Part shown: positions 1 through 8,842 of the stretch, one piece after another | How positions within the stretch are numbered: the first letter of the stretch is position 1 | Layout: every line of letters begins with the position of its first letter | Origin: a virus | Taxonomy: Duplodnaviria > Heunggongvirae > Uroviricota > Caudoviricetes | Length of the DNA: 43,321 nucleotides | Strand: one strand, 5' to 3' | Virus record (IMG/VR): IMGVR_UViG_3300031088_000735 | Program-made: the position numbers and the translations under genes | Notes under the pieces: model-generated | Databases searched by the model: none | The model's input: only the letters and a program-made list of their open reading frames with translations | What the model was told of the DNA's origin: nothing

Positions 1-192
1 ATGTCAACACATGATTTTTATGAAAATATTTTTACCACGCATGAAGAAGCTGATGAGCTTGAATGGCTGCTGGCTGGGCTTGGTCATGACGAAGAAATTT
101 CGATGTCTGTAGCTCATCTTAAGCGATTGTCGATGCGAATTCGACAACTTGAGCGAGAAGTTAAAGAATACGATGAAAACTCAACTTGTTAA
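1..192 (+). CDS. hypothetical protein
   Basis: 63 aa ORF at window edge, co-oriented with next gene. Confidence 0.6.
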   Translation: MSTHDFYENIFTTHEEADELEWLLAGLGHDEEISMSVAHLKRLSMRIRQLEREVKEYDENSTC

Positions 193-210
193 TCAGATAG
201 GAATTTAAAT

Positions 211-612
211 ATGAAAGTTCTTGAAAACATGCAAACACTTCATGCCAAGCTTGAAGAAATCAAACCAAATTTCGCCACCTATATTCAAAACAAAGCTATT
301 CCGCTGGAAGAGCGTTGGGCTGTCTTTTCTTTGGCTCCGTCCAATCTGAAAGAACACGAAGAATATGGGCCAGATTTTGATACTCTGCATCCTGACTTCA
401 TTATGTACGATGGCCCAGTTCATATGGAACGTGGACAAACGATGTCTACACTTGATCTTATTGAATCCATCGAAGAAAGTTTAAATGATCTTGAAGAGCA
501 TTCTTATTGTGGACGAGAATGGTCTGAAAAATTGCTTAAAGTCGTTGACGTTAATGCATTGAAAGAAGAAATCATGGAAAAGAACCTGCACAGTTTCAAT
601 TATGATTGGTAA
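211..612 (+). CDS. hypothetical protein
   Basis: 133 aa ORF, AGGA RBS upstream. Confidence 0.8.
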   Translation: MKVLENMQTLHAKLEEIKPNFATYIQNKAIPLEERWAVFSLAPSNLKEHEEYGPDFDTLHPDFIMYDGPVHMERGQTMSTLDLIESIEESLNDLEEHSYCGREWSEKLLKVVDVNALKEEIMEKNLHSFNYDW

Positions 613-722
613 TTTTCCGTTTTAGTTTGGGATATAGCTGTTTCTATTTTTGAAGCGGTTTTTCTTGTTTTTAAATGGTTGATCGAGTATAATTGACTTC
701 TTTACATGATTAGGACGCTGCT

Positions 723-1205
723 ATGGAACTCATTGAAGATTTGACCGAAGAACAAATCATTGCTCAAGCCGAAATGAACTCACGACCCGATGATGCTCCT
801 TATTATTACATGTACAGCATTCTTCGCACTGACATTCACATGCTTGAAGGCAAAATGCTCTCTCAATCTGGACACGCCTTCACTGACTCACTGCTGGCCG
901 CTCAGAAAAAGAAGCCAGAAGTGTGTGACCAATATCGTGCATGGTGTAATGAACATCGTGACGCCTTCAATGGCGGTGCTAAGGTCAACATGAAAGCCAA
1001 GAACAGCTCTCAACTGGTTAAGGCTTATAATATTGCTCGAAAGGCTGGTATTCCTTGTGCGATTGTTGTTGATCGGGGGCATATCCATCCACCCCATTTC
1101 AATGGTCAGTTGATTATCACTGCATTAGGTCTTGGGCCTTGCACTCAGGAAGAAGCTCATCAGATCACGAAGCGATTCACTTGTATTCAAGAAAAATTAA
1201 AATAA
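723..1205 (+). CDS. peptidyl-tRNA hydrolase, PTH2 family
   Basis: PTH2 motifs GKMLSQSGHA, AKVNMKA, IVVDRG, TALGLGP. Confidence 0.8.
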   Translation: MELIEDLTEEQIIAQAEMNSRPDDAPYYYMYSILRTDIHMLEGKMLSQSGHAFTDSLLAAQKKKPEVCDQYRAWCNEHRDAFNGGAKVNMKAKNSSQLVKAYNIARKAGIPCAIVVDRGHIHPPHFNGQLIITALGLGPCTQEEAHQITKRFTCIQEKLK

Positions 1206-1213
1206 CTTTATTC

Positions 1214-1241
1214 TTGAGTTTTTCTTGATAGCTGTTATTAT
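1214..1241 (+). promoter_or_regulatory. sigma70-type promoter for SRP RNA
   Basis: TTGAGT 1214-1219, 16 nt spacer, extended -10 TGtTATTAT ending 1241. Confidence 0.5.
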
Positions 1242-1258
1242 TCAACTATTGTCATAAT

Positions 1259-1366
1259 GGGAAATCTCTTCGGCCCTTATAACATTGCATCGAAAACCGA
1301 GTCAGGACCGGAAGGTAGCAGCTCTATTGATGTTAATGTGTGTAAGTAAGTTTGAAGAGGTTTTCC
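1259..1366 (+). ncRNA. ffs: bacterial small SRP RNA (4.5S)
   Basis: Domain IV motif GTCAGGACCGGAAGGTAGCAGC (1301-1322) with GGAA tetraloop; 13-bp terminal stem 1259-1271/1354-1366; nested stems 1276-1281/1341-1346, 1282-1286/1335-1339, 1287-1293/1327-1333, 1299-1302/1321-1324; followed by T-run. Confidence 0.93.
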
Positions 1367-1424
1367 TTTTCTAATTAAAATATATTGATAAACTCATGAC
1401 ATTAAAAAAAGCTCTAATGAGCTT

Positions 1425-2192
1425 TTAATTTGATATTGCTGTTTTTTTACAAACTTCATATTCACCTTGTATTACATTATTACCAAGATTTCTACTTTTC
1501 TGATAATTTCCTCTATTGAACGCGACATTCCCCATAATTATTCTTTGATTGTTGTCTGGCAATATCTTTCCTTCTGGCACTGTAATCGTTCCTTGTGGGA
1601 AAATAATGCCACTGCTTGTTGATGTTATATTTCCGAAACTGCCTAATTTTGCACTTGAGAATGCACGTTTTCCATCAGAAGTTAATACCGTATTCCATGT
1701 ATATTCTCTTGCATTTGGTGCGTCAGGGTTTTGATTGGTGTATCTGCAGTCATCCTGATCCCATTCTTGGGTTGGTATATAATCACTTTTGTTTGGAAAA
1801 ATTGGATCGCCTTTAAAGCAAATTTCATAATATTTTAAGTCAGGGTCGCCAAATCCTTCAACTTCTGCACCTTTAAAACCATTTGAAATATATAATCCAT
1901 AATACATTGGATTTGAATAAGGTACGTAGATACCATCTTCATTTTTTATTTTGCCTTCTATATACACATCTATATTCCAGTAATCAGAACTGCAAGTAAC
2001 ACCTTCATCAGTTGGTAATGGATCAGGCACGTCAAACACTGGTTCAGATGAATCTTTTCCTATTATTATTGAATTATAAGGTAGACCGCCACCTTGTGGG
2101 ATTTCCAATGGCATTTTTATTAAAAAAGAAGCATTGCTGTTTATGTTTACAAGCATTGTAGCAAAAAACATACCTATAATTTTTTTAATCAT
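1425..2192 (-). CDS. exported Cys-containing protein, paralog-like to 3188..3841
   Basis: Sec-type signal peptide MIKKIIGMFFATMLVNINSNA; two Y-E-[IV]-C motifs. Confidence 0.75.
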   Translation of the reverse strand: MIKKIIGMFFATMLVNINSNASFLIKMPLEIPQGGGLPYNSIIIGKDSSEPVFDVPDPLPTDEGVTCSSDYWNIDVYIEGKIKNEDGIYVPYSNPMYYGLYISNGFKGAEVEGFGDPDLKYYEICFKGDPIFPNKSDYIPTQEWDQDDCRYTNQNPDAPNAREYTWNTVLTSDGKRAFSSAKLGSFGNITSTSSGIIFPQGTITVPEGKILPDNNQRIIMGNVAFNRGNYQKSRNLGNNVIQGEYEVCKKTAISN

Positions 2193-2361
2193 ATCATTAA
2201 TTTCCTTATTTTTTTTTATTATTATCGCATAGTTATAACTTTTAACAATATAATCAGACTTAAATATATAGAAAAAAACACTTGTAATAGAGATGATACT
2301 TTATATAATATGATTATAAGAGTTGAATACCTCAGTTCTTATAACCTCTCTAATGGAGTAT

Positions 2362-2646
2362 ATGGATATGACGACATACAAAGAAGGCTCGCTTTACACA
2401 TTAGCCGTTGACTATTATCACAAAGTTACACTGCATTGCACCTATATTGCTGATGGTTTTGTTTATTTCATTGATAACAACAAAGACATCAACTACAAAA
2501 AAAATCTTAAAACAAAAAAACTCTATGTGTTCAACACTCAATATCAAAGCTGGGATACGCTTGAAGACACTCTTAAGCCTCTTGCTGATAATGAAGCTGT
2601 TGAACGACCATTACCACCTAACAAATTTCAATTCCGTGGTGATTAA
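2362..2646 (+). CDS. hypothetical protein
   Basis: ORF with GGAG RBS; start 2362 or 2368. Confidence 0.7.
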   Translation: MDMTTYKEGSLYTLAVDYYHKVTLHCTYIADGFVYFIDNNKDINYKKNLKTKKLYVFNTQYQSWDTLEDTLKPLADNEAVERPLPPNKFQFRGD

Positions 2647-2710
2647 CGCTAGGTTTTAGCTTTTGATTATGATATAATTAGAAATCTATCAATCGGGAAT
2701 AGGTTTTTAA

Positions 2711-3115
2711 AATCAGCTTTTTGAACATAAACAAACGGTTTCTAAATATTTAAATGCTGATAAAGTGTGGCTTCTCATGAGCGATGATAAAGAATTTTGT
2801 CTTCTGAATAAATATAAACAAAAACTCATGTTAAGTTATCTTCCATTCAAAACTATGTATGAAGACAAAAATAAAGAGTTAATCACACTTACTTATTACA
2901 AAGGAAAAGTGAAGACAACGACAACCATTACAATTACTGATGAAATTAAAAATCATGAAATGTCAATTAGTAATACCGTGATGGATAAGATTGAAAGTTT
3001 GAAACTAAAAAAACCATCTGAAGCTATTCTTCAATCATTGCGAGAACTTGAACTACCTACTAAAATACCATTAAATAATGATGATTTAATTGTTTTAGAT
3101 ATGTGTAATATATGA
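2711..3115 (+). pseudogene. 5'-truncated paralog of 3942..5195 C-terminal part
   Basis: NQLFEHKQTVSKYLNADKVWLL aligns to NQLTDNQSFLSKHIDLSKVQVL upstream of the GTG at 2765; in-frame TAA at 2708-2710. Confidence 0.65.
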
Positions 3116-3187
3116 TTTATACAAGGTTTTGACAATAATTAGTTCATAGTGTTATACTGTTAAAATAAAAACAATAATTAAATTACT

Positions 3188-3841
3188 ATGAACACATTAA
3201 AATTAATTCTTCCAGCGTTAATCGCTGCAATTTTTTCCAGTTATTCTATGGCTGATTATCAAGTTCAATTTGGCAAACAACAAATCAATGGTGACAATAT
3301 TAAATTTGTTACTCCCGGTCAATGGCTTCCAGCAGATCCTGTTTTTAGTTCATGGACTAATAGTGGTACATTGACAAATTGCACAAATTGGACACCTGAT
3401 CCATCCACTGTTGATACTGGTGTTGTATTTACACAAAATGCGACTGATTGTAAGCAAGAACAAACCAGAACAGTACAAAATAGAGAGAAAAATGATGTTA
3501 CACAAGCATTTCGCAATGTCGGTTCGGCAACAACAGAAAATCAGATATTAGCGAATCAAGTCAGTAGCCGTTCTGCTACTGGTACTAAGGTTCTTGAAGA
3601 ATGTTCATATGTTTATGGTAGTACTAATACGATGTCAGCTTGGATTGACAATGATACAACCAGAGCAATTGAGATTTGGTGGAAAGGCACTAAAATAATT
3701 TCCACGACACCATCTTCCATTGTGACCATATACACAACAGGTGGCTTTAAATATCAAAGAACAGGTAGTTATATAGACAGAAGCCTTAGAACTTCAGATA
3801 GTTGGTATCGCTACTACAAAATATGTCGTTCACCTATCTAA
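3188..3841 (+). CDS. exported Cys/Thr/Trp-rich protein
   Basis: Signal peptide ending SMA; CTNWTP...TDC and ECSY...YYKICR cysteine pairs. Confidence 0.85.
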   Translation: MNTLKLILPALIAAIFSSYSMADYQVQFGKQQINGDNIKFVTPGQWLPADPVFSSWTNSGTLTNCTNWTPDPSTVDTGVVFTQNATDCKQEQTRTVQNREKNDVTQAFRNVGSATTENQILANQVSSRSATGTKVLEECSYVYGSTNTMSAWIDNDTTRAIEIWWKGTKIISTTPSSIVTIYTTGGFKYQRTGSYIDRSLRTSDSWYRYYKICRSPI

Positions 3842-3857
3842 AAACATGTAAACAATA

Positions 3858-3881
3858 GAGATCTTTCGAGGTCTTTTTTTT
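3858..3881 (+). terminator. intrinsic terminator
   Basis: GAGATCT-TTCG-AGGTCTT plus T-run. Confidence 0.75.
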
Positions 3882-3941
3882 GTTGCCTAAATTCTTGCTA
3901 TTTGTTATAATCGAACAAATTTCTAATGGATAATAACGACC

Positions 3942-5195
3942 ATGATTTGTAAACTACTTAATTTTCTAAGTGTTTCATTATACCGTGAGCGAGATTTCGC
4001 AATCAGTAAAGTGGATGAGAATCATTTTTCTGTTAAGTCTCGTAATGGATTGAACGCGACTATTACTATCAATGACAGAATTATGTTCGTTGATACATCT
4101 TTTGAGCATAAGAGTCCGTTTGTTCGGCATATATCAAACTCGTTTTTAAATATGGAAAAAAGCGTTGTCCGCTATTCAACGCCGCTCAATGATAGTTCAT
4201 TAAGTTTTGACGACTTTGTTGTTAAAGCTATAAAAAGCACCGTTTTATTCAAACTTAAAAAAAATAGATTATCCACCTATTTCAAAGAGTATGATGACTT
4301 TTTTCAAGATACTATTTCTATTTCTTTTTATCAAAAACTCATTGATGCTGATATTGGTCCTATAAGATTTTTAAATTATGATCAACATGTGACGGATGTT
4401 GATCATACTGAATATACTTGTATGTATGATTATAAGCTGTTTAATAAAAAATGTTATCCTATTATTTATTTTACTAAAAAGAAAGTAATAGACAATGTTT
4501 TTAAATATAGCTTTCATGCTAAAAAAATAAAAACTACTGCAAAAAAAGAAAAGGTTGTTGCTTATTATATTGATGGTCTATTTTTTAATCTTTGTGATTT
4601 GGAAACTTTCTTTTTTAACAAAGCCGCCAAAGATAAGTATGATCACTTTGGTATTCATTCAGTCAGCTTCAATCCTTATCTATCATCAGAATCAAATATA
4701 CTCTATGGCATTAACAACCAACTGACTGATAACCAATCTTTTTTGAGCAAACATATTGATTTATCAAAAGTTCAAGTACTTAGACGCGATGGTCAACAAT
4801 ATTGTCTGCTAAAAAAAGAAAATAGACAACTAACCTTGTCATACATTACCAATTTTGATATTGATAAAACAGTGGTTGATGGTGTGCTGACTTACAGTTC
4901 ATGGTGGCAAAAAATGCTGCGAAATGAGCCACCACTACGTCGATATAAAAATGAACACCTAATTACTTATTCTTATATTGACGGCAAATTAACCAAAAAG
5001 ACGGTGCGATTTGATCTTGATATGGTGACTAAACATGAAATGGACATCAGTAATCAGGCTATGGCTAATGTTGATTATTTGAAAACTCATTATCCATCTG
5101 ACTTTATTGTTAATCGTCTGAATGATTTTGGCATTTGTTCTGACATTCCACTTAGTCTGAATGATTTGTCTGTCTTGGAAATGTGTGAAATCTAA
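3942..5195 (+). CDS. hypothetical protein, C-terminal MxxI motif family
   Basis: 417 aa ORF; TGTTATAAT at 3903-3911; ends VLEMCEI. Confidence 0.85.
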   Translation: MICKLLNFLSVSLYRERDFAISKVDENHFSVKSRNGLNATITINDRIMFVDTSFEHKSPFVRHISNSFLNMEKSVVRYSTPLNDSSLSFDDFVVKAIKSTVLFKLKKNRLSTYFKEYDDFFQDTISISFYQKLIDADIGPIRFLNYDQHVTDVDHTEYTCMYDYKLFNKKCYPIIYFTKKKVIDNVFKYSFHAKKIKTTAKKEKVVAYYIDGLFFNLCDLETFFFNKAAKDKYDHFGIHSVSFNPYLSSESNILYGINNQLTDNQSFLSKHIDLSKVQVLRRDGQQYCLLKKENRQLTLSYITNFDIDKTVVDGVLTYSSWWQKMLRNEPPLRRYKNEHLITYSYIDGKLTKKTVRFDLDMVTKHEMDISNQAMANVDYLKTHYPSDFIVNRLNDFGICSDIPLSLNDLSVLEMCEI

Positions 5196-5282
5196 CCACA
5201 TTCGGGTGGTTTTTTCATTGTTATGGTTGTGTTGATGTGATACAATACAGGTCTTAAAAATTAGCTTGTTATGAGGCATTCC

Positions 5283-5699
5283 ATGATCCGTTTAGCTTCC
5301 GAACATGACTTAACCGACATTAAACGCATTGCGAATCAAAATCGAGAGTTTATCGGTTTTGTCATGAAAGTGGCGTTGATGGAAGCTATTCAAAAAAAAT
5401 CATTGCTGGTTTTTGAAAATTCAACTGGTGTGGTTGGTTTTGTTCACTATCATCCACGCAAAGATGGTTGGCATACGGTTCATGAGCTTGCTGTTTCAAA
5501 GAGCATTCAAGGCCAACGTGTCGGTCAGCAACTCTTTGATAGTGTTCCACTGCCTATTCGGTTAAAAACAACTGAAGACAATGTAAACGCATTAAAATTC
5601 TACGCTAAAAATGGTATGAATATTGTCCGTATAGAAAACGGAAAAAAGAGAAAATTGGCTGTCCTAGAAAAATATAAAGGAGAATTAAATAATGCCTGA
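5283..5699 (+). CDS. GNAT family N-acetyltransferase
   Basis: VHELAVSKSIQGQRVGQQL (motif A) and NVNALKFYAKNGM (motif B); GAGG RBS favours ATG 5283. Confidence 0.85.
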   Translation: MIRLASEHDLTDIKRIANQNREFIGFVMKVALMEAIQKKSLLVFENSTGVVGFVHYHPRKDGWHTVHELAVSKSIQGQRVGQQLFDSVPLPIRLKTTEDNVNALKFYAKNGMNIVRIENGKKRKLAVLEKYKGELNNA

Positions 5700-5904
5700 G
5701 ATTTCTGATTTTGTTTTTGCTTGTCTGTCTGAACTTGAAGATGATAAAGTTGTATACAAAACTATTGAAAAATCCTACACCAAACAGCAGTTAATGGAAG
5801 AAGTCATTCAAAAAACTACTGTTGGTAAAATTTATTGTTCTGAGCTTTTTCGTGTGGCTCGTGACCTCATTGTTCGAAAAAAAGCATCAGAAACTGTTCA
5901 TTAA
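5692..5904 (+). CDS. hypothetical protein
   Basis: AAGGAG RBS; overlaps GNAT stop. Confidence 0.75.
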   Translation: MPEISDFVFACLSELEDDKVVYKTIEKSYTKQQLMEEVIQKTTVGKIYCSELFRVARDLIVRKKASETVH

Positions 5905-5981
5905 TAACAGGATGTAACTGTTGTTTATCGTTGATAATCGTGTTATAATAGTCTCACTTAAATAAACTAAGGTATCTTCTC

Positions 5982-6308
5982 ATGTCTGTTACCAAAATCA
6001 ACAAAGCTGCAGTAGATGTTGTTCTTGGCAATAATAATCTGATTCGTGAAGCATTGTTGGTAATGGATCACGATCCTAAATATCGTATGACCACGGCCAT
6101 GATCGACACCTTCATCAGTATTTTGAAACGTGCAGAAGAAGTCTTCAAAGACCAGCCCAGCATTGATCTGGTGGGTGCCTATGCTGAAACGGTTGATTTG
6201 GTGTCAAAGGTGCTTATCAAGCACGAAATGTACCATATGGCTCAAATGATTGCTGATAACAGTGAAATCGTTAAAAAAGAAGTCTTGAAACCATTATTTA
6301 GTGCTTAA
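5982..6308 (+). CDS. hypothetical protein
   Basis: ORF with TGTTATAAT at 5941 and TAAGG RBS. Confidence 0.8.
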   Translation: MSVTKINKAAVDVVLGNNNLIREALLVMDHDPKYRMTTAMIDTFISILKRAEEVFKDQPSIDLVGAYAETVDLVSKVLIKHEMYHMAQMIADNSEIVKKEVLKPLFSA

Positions 6309-6364
6309 CATCGAGCCATTTTTTTGCTATAATTACCCTATCAAAACACATATAGGAAAATTTG

Positions 6365-6790
6365 ATGAAAACTCCAATTGAAGCACCACGTAGCAAAGTC
6401 ATGGTTGGCTTGACCTTTATCGGTGCATGGCATTATCATATGGACGCCTTTATCAATGACACGGCTGATTTGGAACTTCGTTGTGCGTTGTTCCATTCGA
6501 TTCATCAAACTACGCCTGAACACCTTGAAGATGTTCAAACACCAGAGATTGACGGTGCTTTGGAGAATTTGAAATCTCAAATTAAAGCTTATTCGAAAGC
6601 TGCTATTGAGCGTGCGATTGAGGCGGAAAAACTTCAACTGAAAACTTCGGTTGAACAATCGTTTGTAGGTATGAACAAACAAGACCCAGCCGGTAGCGTA
6701 AAAGATCTGGCTGCTCACTATGGTGTGACCATCAGTGAATATCGTAAACTGAAACGTGAAGGTCGCCTTCATGAGTTGAAAACGAGTTAA
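6365..6790 (+). CDS. hypothetical protein, possible C-terminal HTH
   Basis: SVKDLAAHYGVTISEYRKL resembles a helix-turn-helix. Confidence 0.7.
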   Translation: MKTPIEAPRSKVMVGLTFIGAWHYHMDAFINDTADLELRCALFHSIHQTTPEHLEDVQTPEIDGALENLKSQIKAYSKAAIERAIEAEKLQLKTSVEQSFVGMNKQDPAGSVKDLAAHYGVTISEYRKLKREGRLHELKTS

Positions 6791-6861
6791 CATTCTCCAT
6801 TTTCAGACAAATAAAAAATCAAGATTTCAAAGGATCTTGATTTTTTTTGTCTTCTATTTAA

Positions 6862-7446
6862 TCAGTATTCGTTATCATATTTGTCTATGTAGTTAAAACA
6901 AAAATCATCATTGCCTTCTTCTTTTGCTCGTTTTACTTCCATTTTCAAATTATCAATAAACTCACCTAACGTGGGTTGTTGCCAGCCAAGTTCTTCTTCA
7001 TCAGACCAGATGACAAAAACACCTTTACCGTCTTCGCGTAAGTCCATGACTACATAAGCGTCATTGTCAACTAACAATGGAATGATATGATTGCAATCTT
7101 CTTCGCTGAGTAAATCTGGTCGTTCTTCAATCATTAAATAATTTGTAATGTCGAACTGGTTAGCCAATTCAATCTCTTCTAACAGCATCCACTCACCATT
7201 CATCACTTGAACGCCATCATAGTTTCTGTAAAACTCAACAAAATCATCGGGAAGTTTGTAGCCTATGCGATCTTCCAATAGTTTAATTCTGTTTTCAAAG
7301 ACAAAGTAATAGTCTATATCCAATTCAGGATCTTTTCTAAATTCATTCAATATGAACTCTCTATATGACCACGGGATAGAATGACCCATTTTAATAAATC
7401 TGGCTTCTACCTCTCTTATGAAACTAAGTTCTTGTTCAGTTAACAT
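6862..7446 (-). CDS. SMI1/KNR4 (SUKH) family immunity protein
   Basis: IKLLEDRIGYKLPDDFVEFYRNYDG signature, C-terminal TLGEFI; GAGGTG RBS before ATG 7446. Confidence 0.8.
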   Translation of the reverse strand: MLTEQELSFIREVEARFIKMGHSIPWSYREFILNEFRKDPELDIDYYFVFENRIKLLEDRIGYKLPDDFVEFYRNYDGVQVMNGEWMLLEEIELANQFDITNYLMIEERPDLLSEEDCNHIIPLLVDNDAYVVMDLREDGKGVFVIWSDEEELGWQQPTLGEFIDNLKMEVKRAKEEGNDDFCFNYIDKYDNEY

Positions 7447-7629
7447 TTTCGCCACCTCTGATTTCTTATATTTTTCATATAATAATACCATAAATAGACA
7501 ATAATACAAACGTCACCTATCACTTTCTAAGAGTTATTGAAAGCTTTTTAATTGCTATTTTTATATCTAAAAATATTGACTTTAAGGGTGATTTTTGTTA
7601 TAATATAGGATCATTATAGGAGTAGGAGA

Positions 7630-8013
7630 ATGATAAAATCAAAAAGTAAACAAATTATCAGTGTTCAAGATTGGGACGAATTAGTGGTATCAACTTATGG
7701 CCGTCCTTATTCTTTTCAGCAGCAAGATGGTTGCAAAGATAGAGGTGTATTTTATCTTACTATTCCAGAAGCGGGTGATGACTATGAGGCTGAATCCGTT
7801 CCAGAAGAAATCAACGGTGATGACATGGGTGTTAGTTTTGCCGCATGGTTAGCCCGAAATCCAAAAGAATGGAATGGCGATCCAACTGACAAGAATTTTA
7901 TTGACTTGTTTTGGGAGCGTAATTTCTATCCAGAAGTGCAAACAATTGCTAATGATTTGCATGCAAAAGGATTGATTTCTGCTGGTGAATATGGCATTGA
8001 TATTGATTGGTAA
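7630..8013 (+). CDS. hypothetical protein
   Basis: Promoter TTGACT-17-TATAAT (7576-7604), AGGAG RBS. Confidence 0.85.
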   Translation: MIKSKSKQIISVQDWDELVVSTYGRPYSFQQQDGCKDRGVFYLTIPEAGDDYEAESVPEEINGDDMGVSFAAWLARNPKEWNGDPTDKNFIDLFWERNFYPEVQTIANDLHAKGLISAGEYGIDIDW

Positions 8014-8094
8014 TGCAACTTTTTTGTTTGATTGAAAGCTTAATGAGAATTAAGCTTTTTTTATAAGTTTTTGAAAATAAACCGAAAAAAGATC

Positions 8095-8123
8095 TTGACG
8101 GTACCGGTCATTTTCTCTATAAT
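8095..8123 (+). promoter_or_regulatory. strong sigma70 promoter for tRNA cluster
   Basis: TTGACG-17 nt-TATAAT. Confidence 0.8.
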
Positions 8124-8129
8124 TCTCAC

Positions 8130-8290
8130 ATCAAGACGAAACGGAGAAACACAATCTTGCAACAATGACCCAGCACTTCTTATGAGTGGCAAGTTTCAGG
8201 ATAAAGGTCGCGGCCTCCCGATATAACTCATGAGCATGGACAACTACTCGGTGCAGATACAAATAGAGTAGGCCACTATCATATTAGCAA
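8130..8290 (+). ncRNA. candidate structured RNA or long leader before tRNA-Arg
   Basis: No substantial ORF, GC-richer than flanks, several complementary segments. Confidence 0.35.
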
Positions 8291-8297
8291 CACCCAT

Positions 8298-8374
8298 GTC
8301 TGCGTAGCTCAGTTGGATAGAGCATCCGCCTTCTAAGCGGATGGTCGTTGGTTCGAATCCAACCGTAGACGCCA
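8298..8374 (+). tRNA. tRNA-Arg(UCU)
   Basis: Acceptor GTCTGCG/CGTAGAC, anticodon arm TCCGC-CTTCTAA-GCGGA, GTTCGAA T-loop, encoded CCA. Confidence 0.97.
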
Positions 8375-8391
8375 GCTTTTGCAACATCCAC

Positions 8392-8476
8392 GCCCGAGTG
8401 GTGAAATCGGTAGACGCGGGGGACTTAAAATCCCCTTCCTTACGGAGTGCCGGTTCGAGTCCGGCCTCGGGCACCA
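8392..8476 (+). tRNA. tRNA-Leu(UAA)
   Basis: GCCCGAG/CTCGGGC acceptor, GGGGA-CTTAAAA-TCCCC, long variable arm, CCA. Confidence 0.97.
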
Positions 8477-8510
8477 GATTAACTGTTACTATTATTCGTT
8501 GGAGAATTAT

Positions 8511-8834
8511 ATGAGTTCTTTGTATAAGTTTGAAAACAAATTGGTTGATAATACCAATAAAGATGAACTTCGTAGCTATTTGGCTAATGCAAAAAAAGAA
8601 TTGCTCAAAGTTCGTTCCGCCTGTGGCTTTGACGAGTCGGTTCAAATTATTGAAGACCGTTCATTGATGAAAGTCTCTCTGGTGGGTGGTAACTTCTCGT
8701 TGGCTGTTCGTCACGGTGAGCATGCTTATAAGACCACTATCAAGCTGTTTAACAATGGCAGTCTTGTTCAAGAAGTCAGCCTTGCCAATCTCTACAATCC
8801 GAAGCTTATTGAGCAATTAAAAGCTTTGGCTTAA
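8511..8834 (+). CDS. hypothetical protein between the two tRNA-Leu genes
   Basis: GGAG RBS before ATG 8511; the longer 8379 start overlaps a tRNA. Confidence 0.8.
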   Translation: MSSLYKFENKLVDNTNKDELRSYLANAKKELLKVRSACGFDESVQIIEDRSLMKVSLVGGNFSLAVRHGEHAYKTTIKLFNNGSLVQEVSLANLYNPKLIEQLKALA

Positions 8835-8842
8835 TACAACAT

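Noticed and set aside
8130-8290. RsmY/RsmZ-like CsrA sponge
   Set aside because: Only three GGA motifs, about what chance would give, and not consistently in hairpin loops
8244-8645. 133 aa minus-strand ORF and the 8379 extension of the plus-strand ORF
   Set aside because: Both read through tRNA genes; the credible start is ATG 8511
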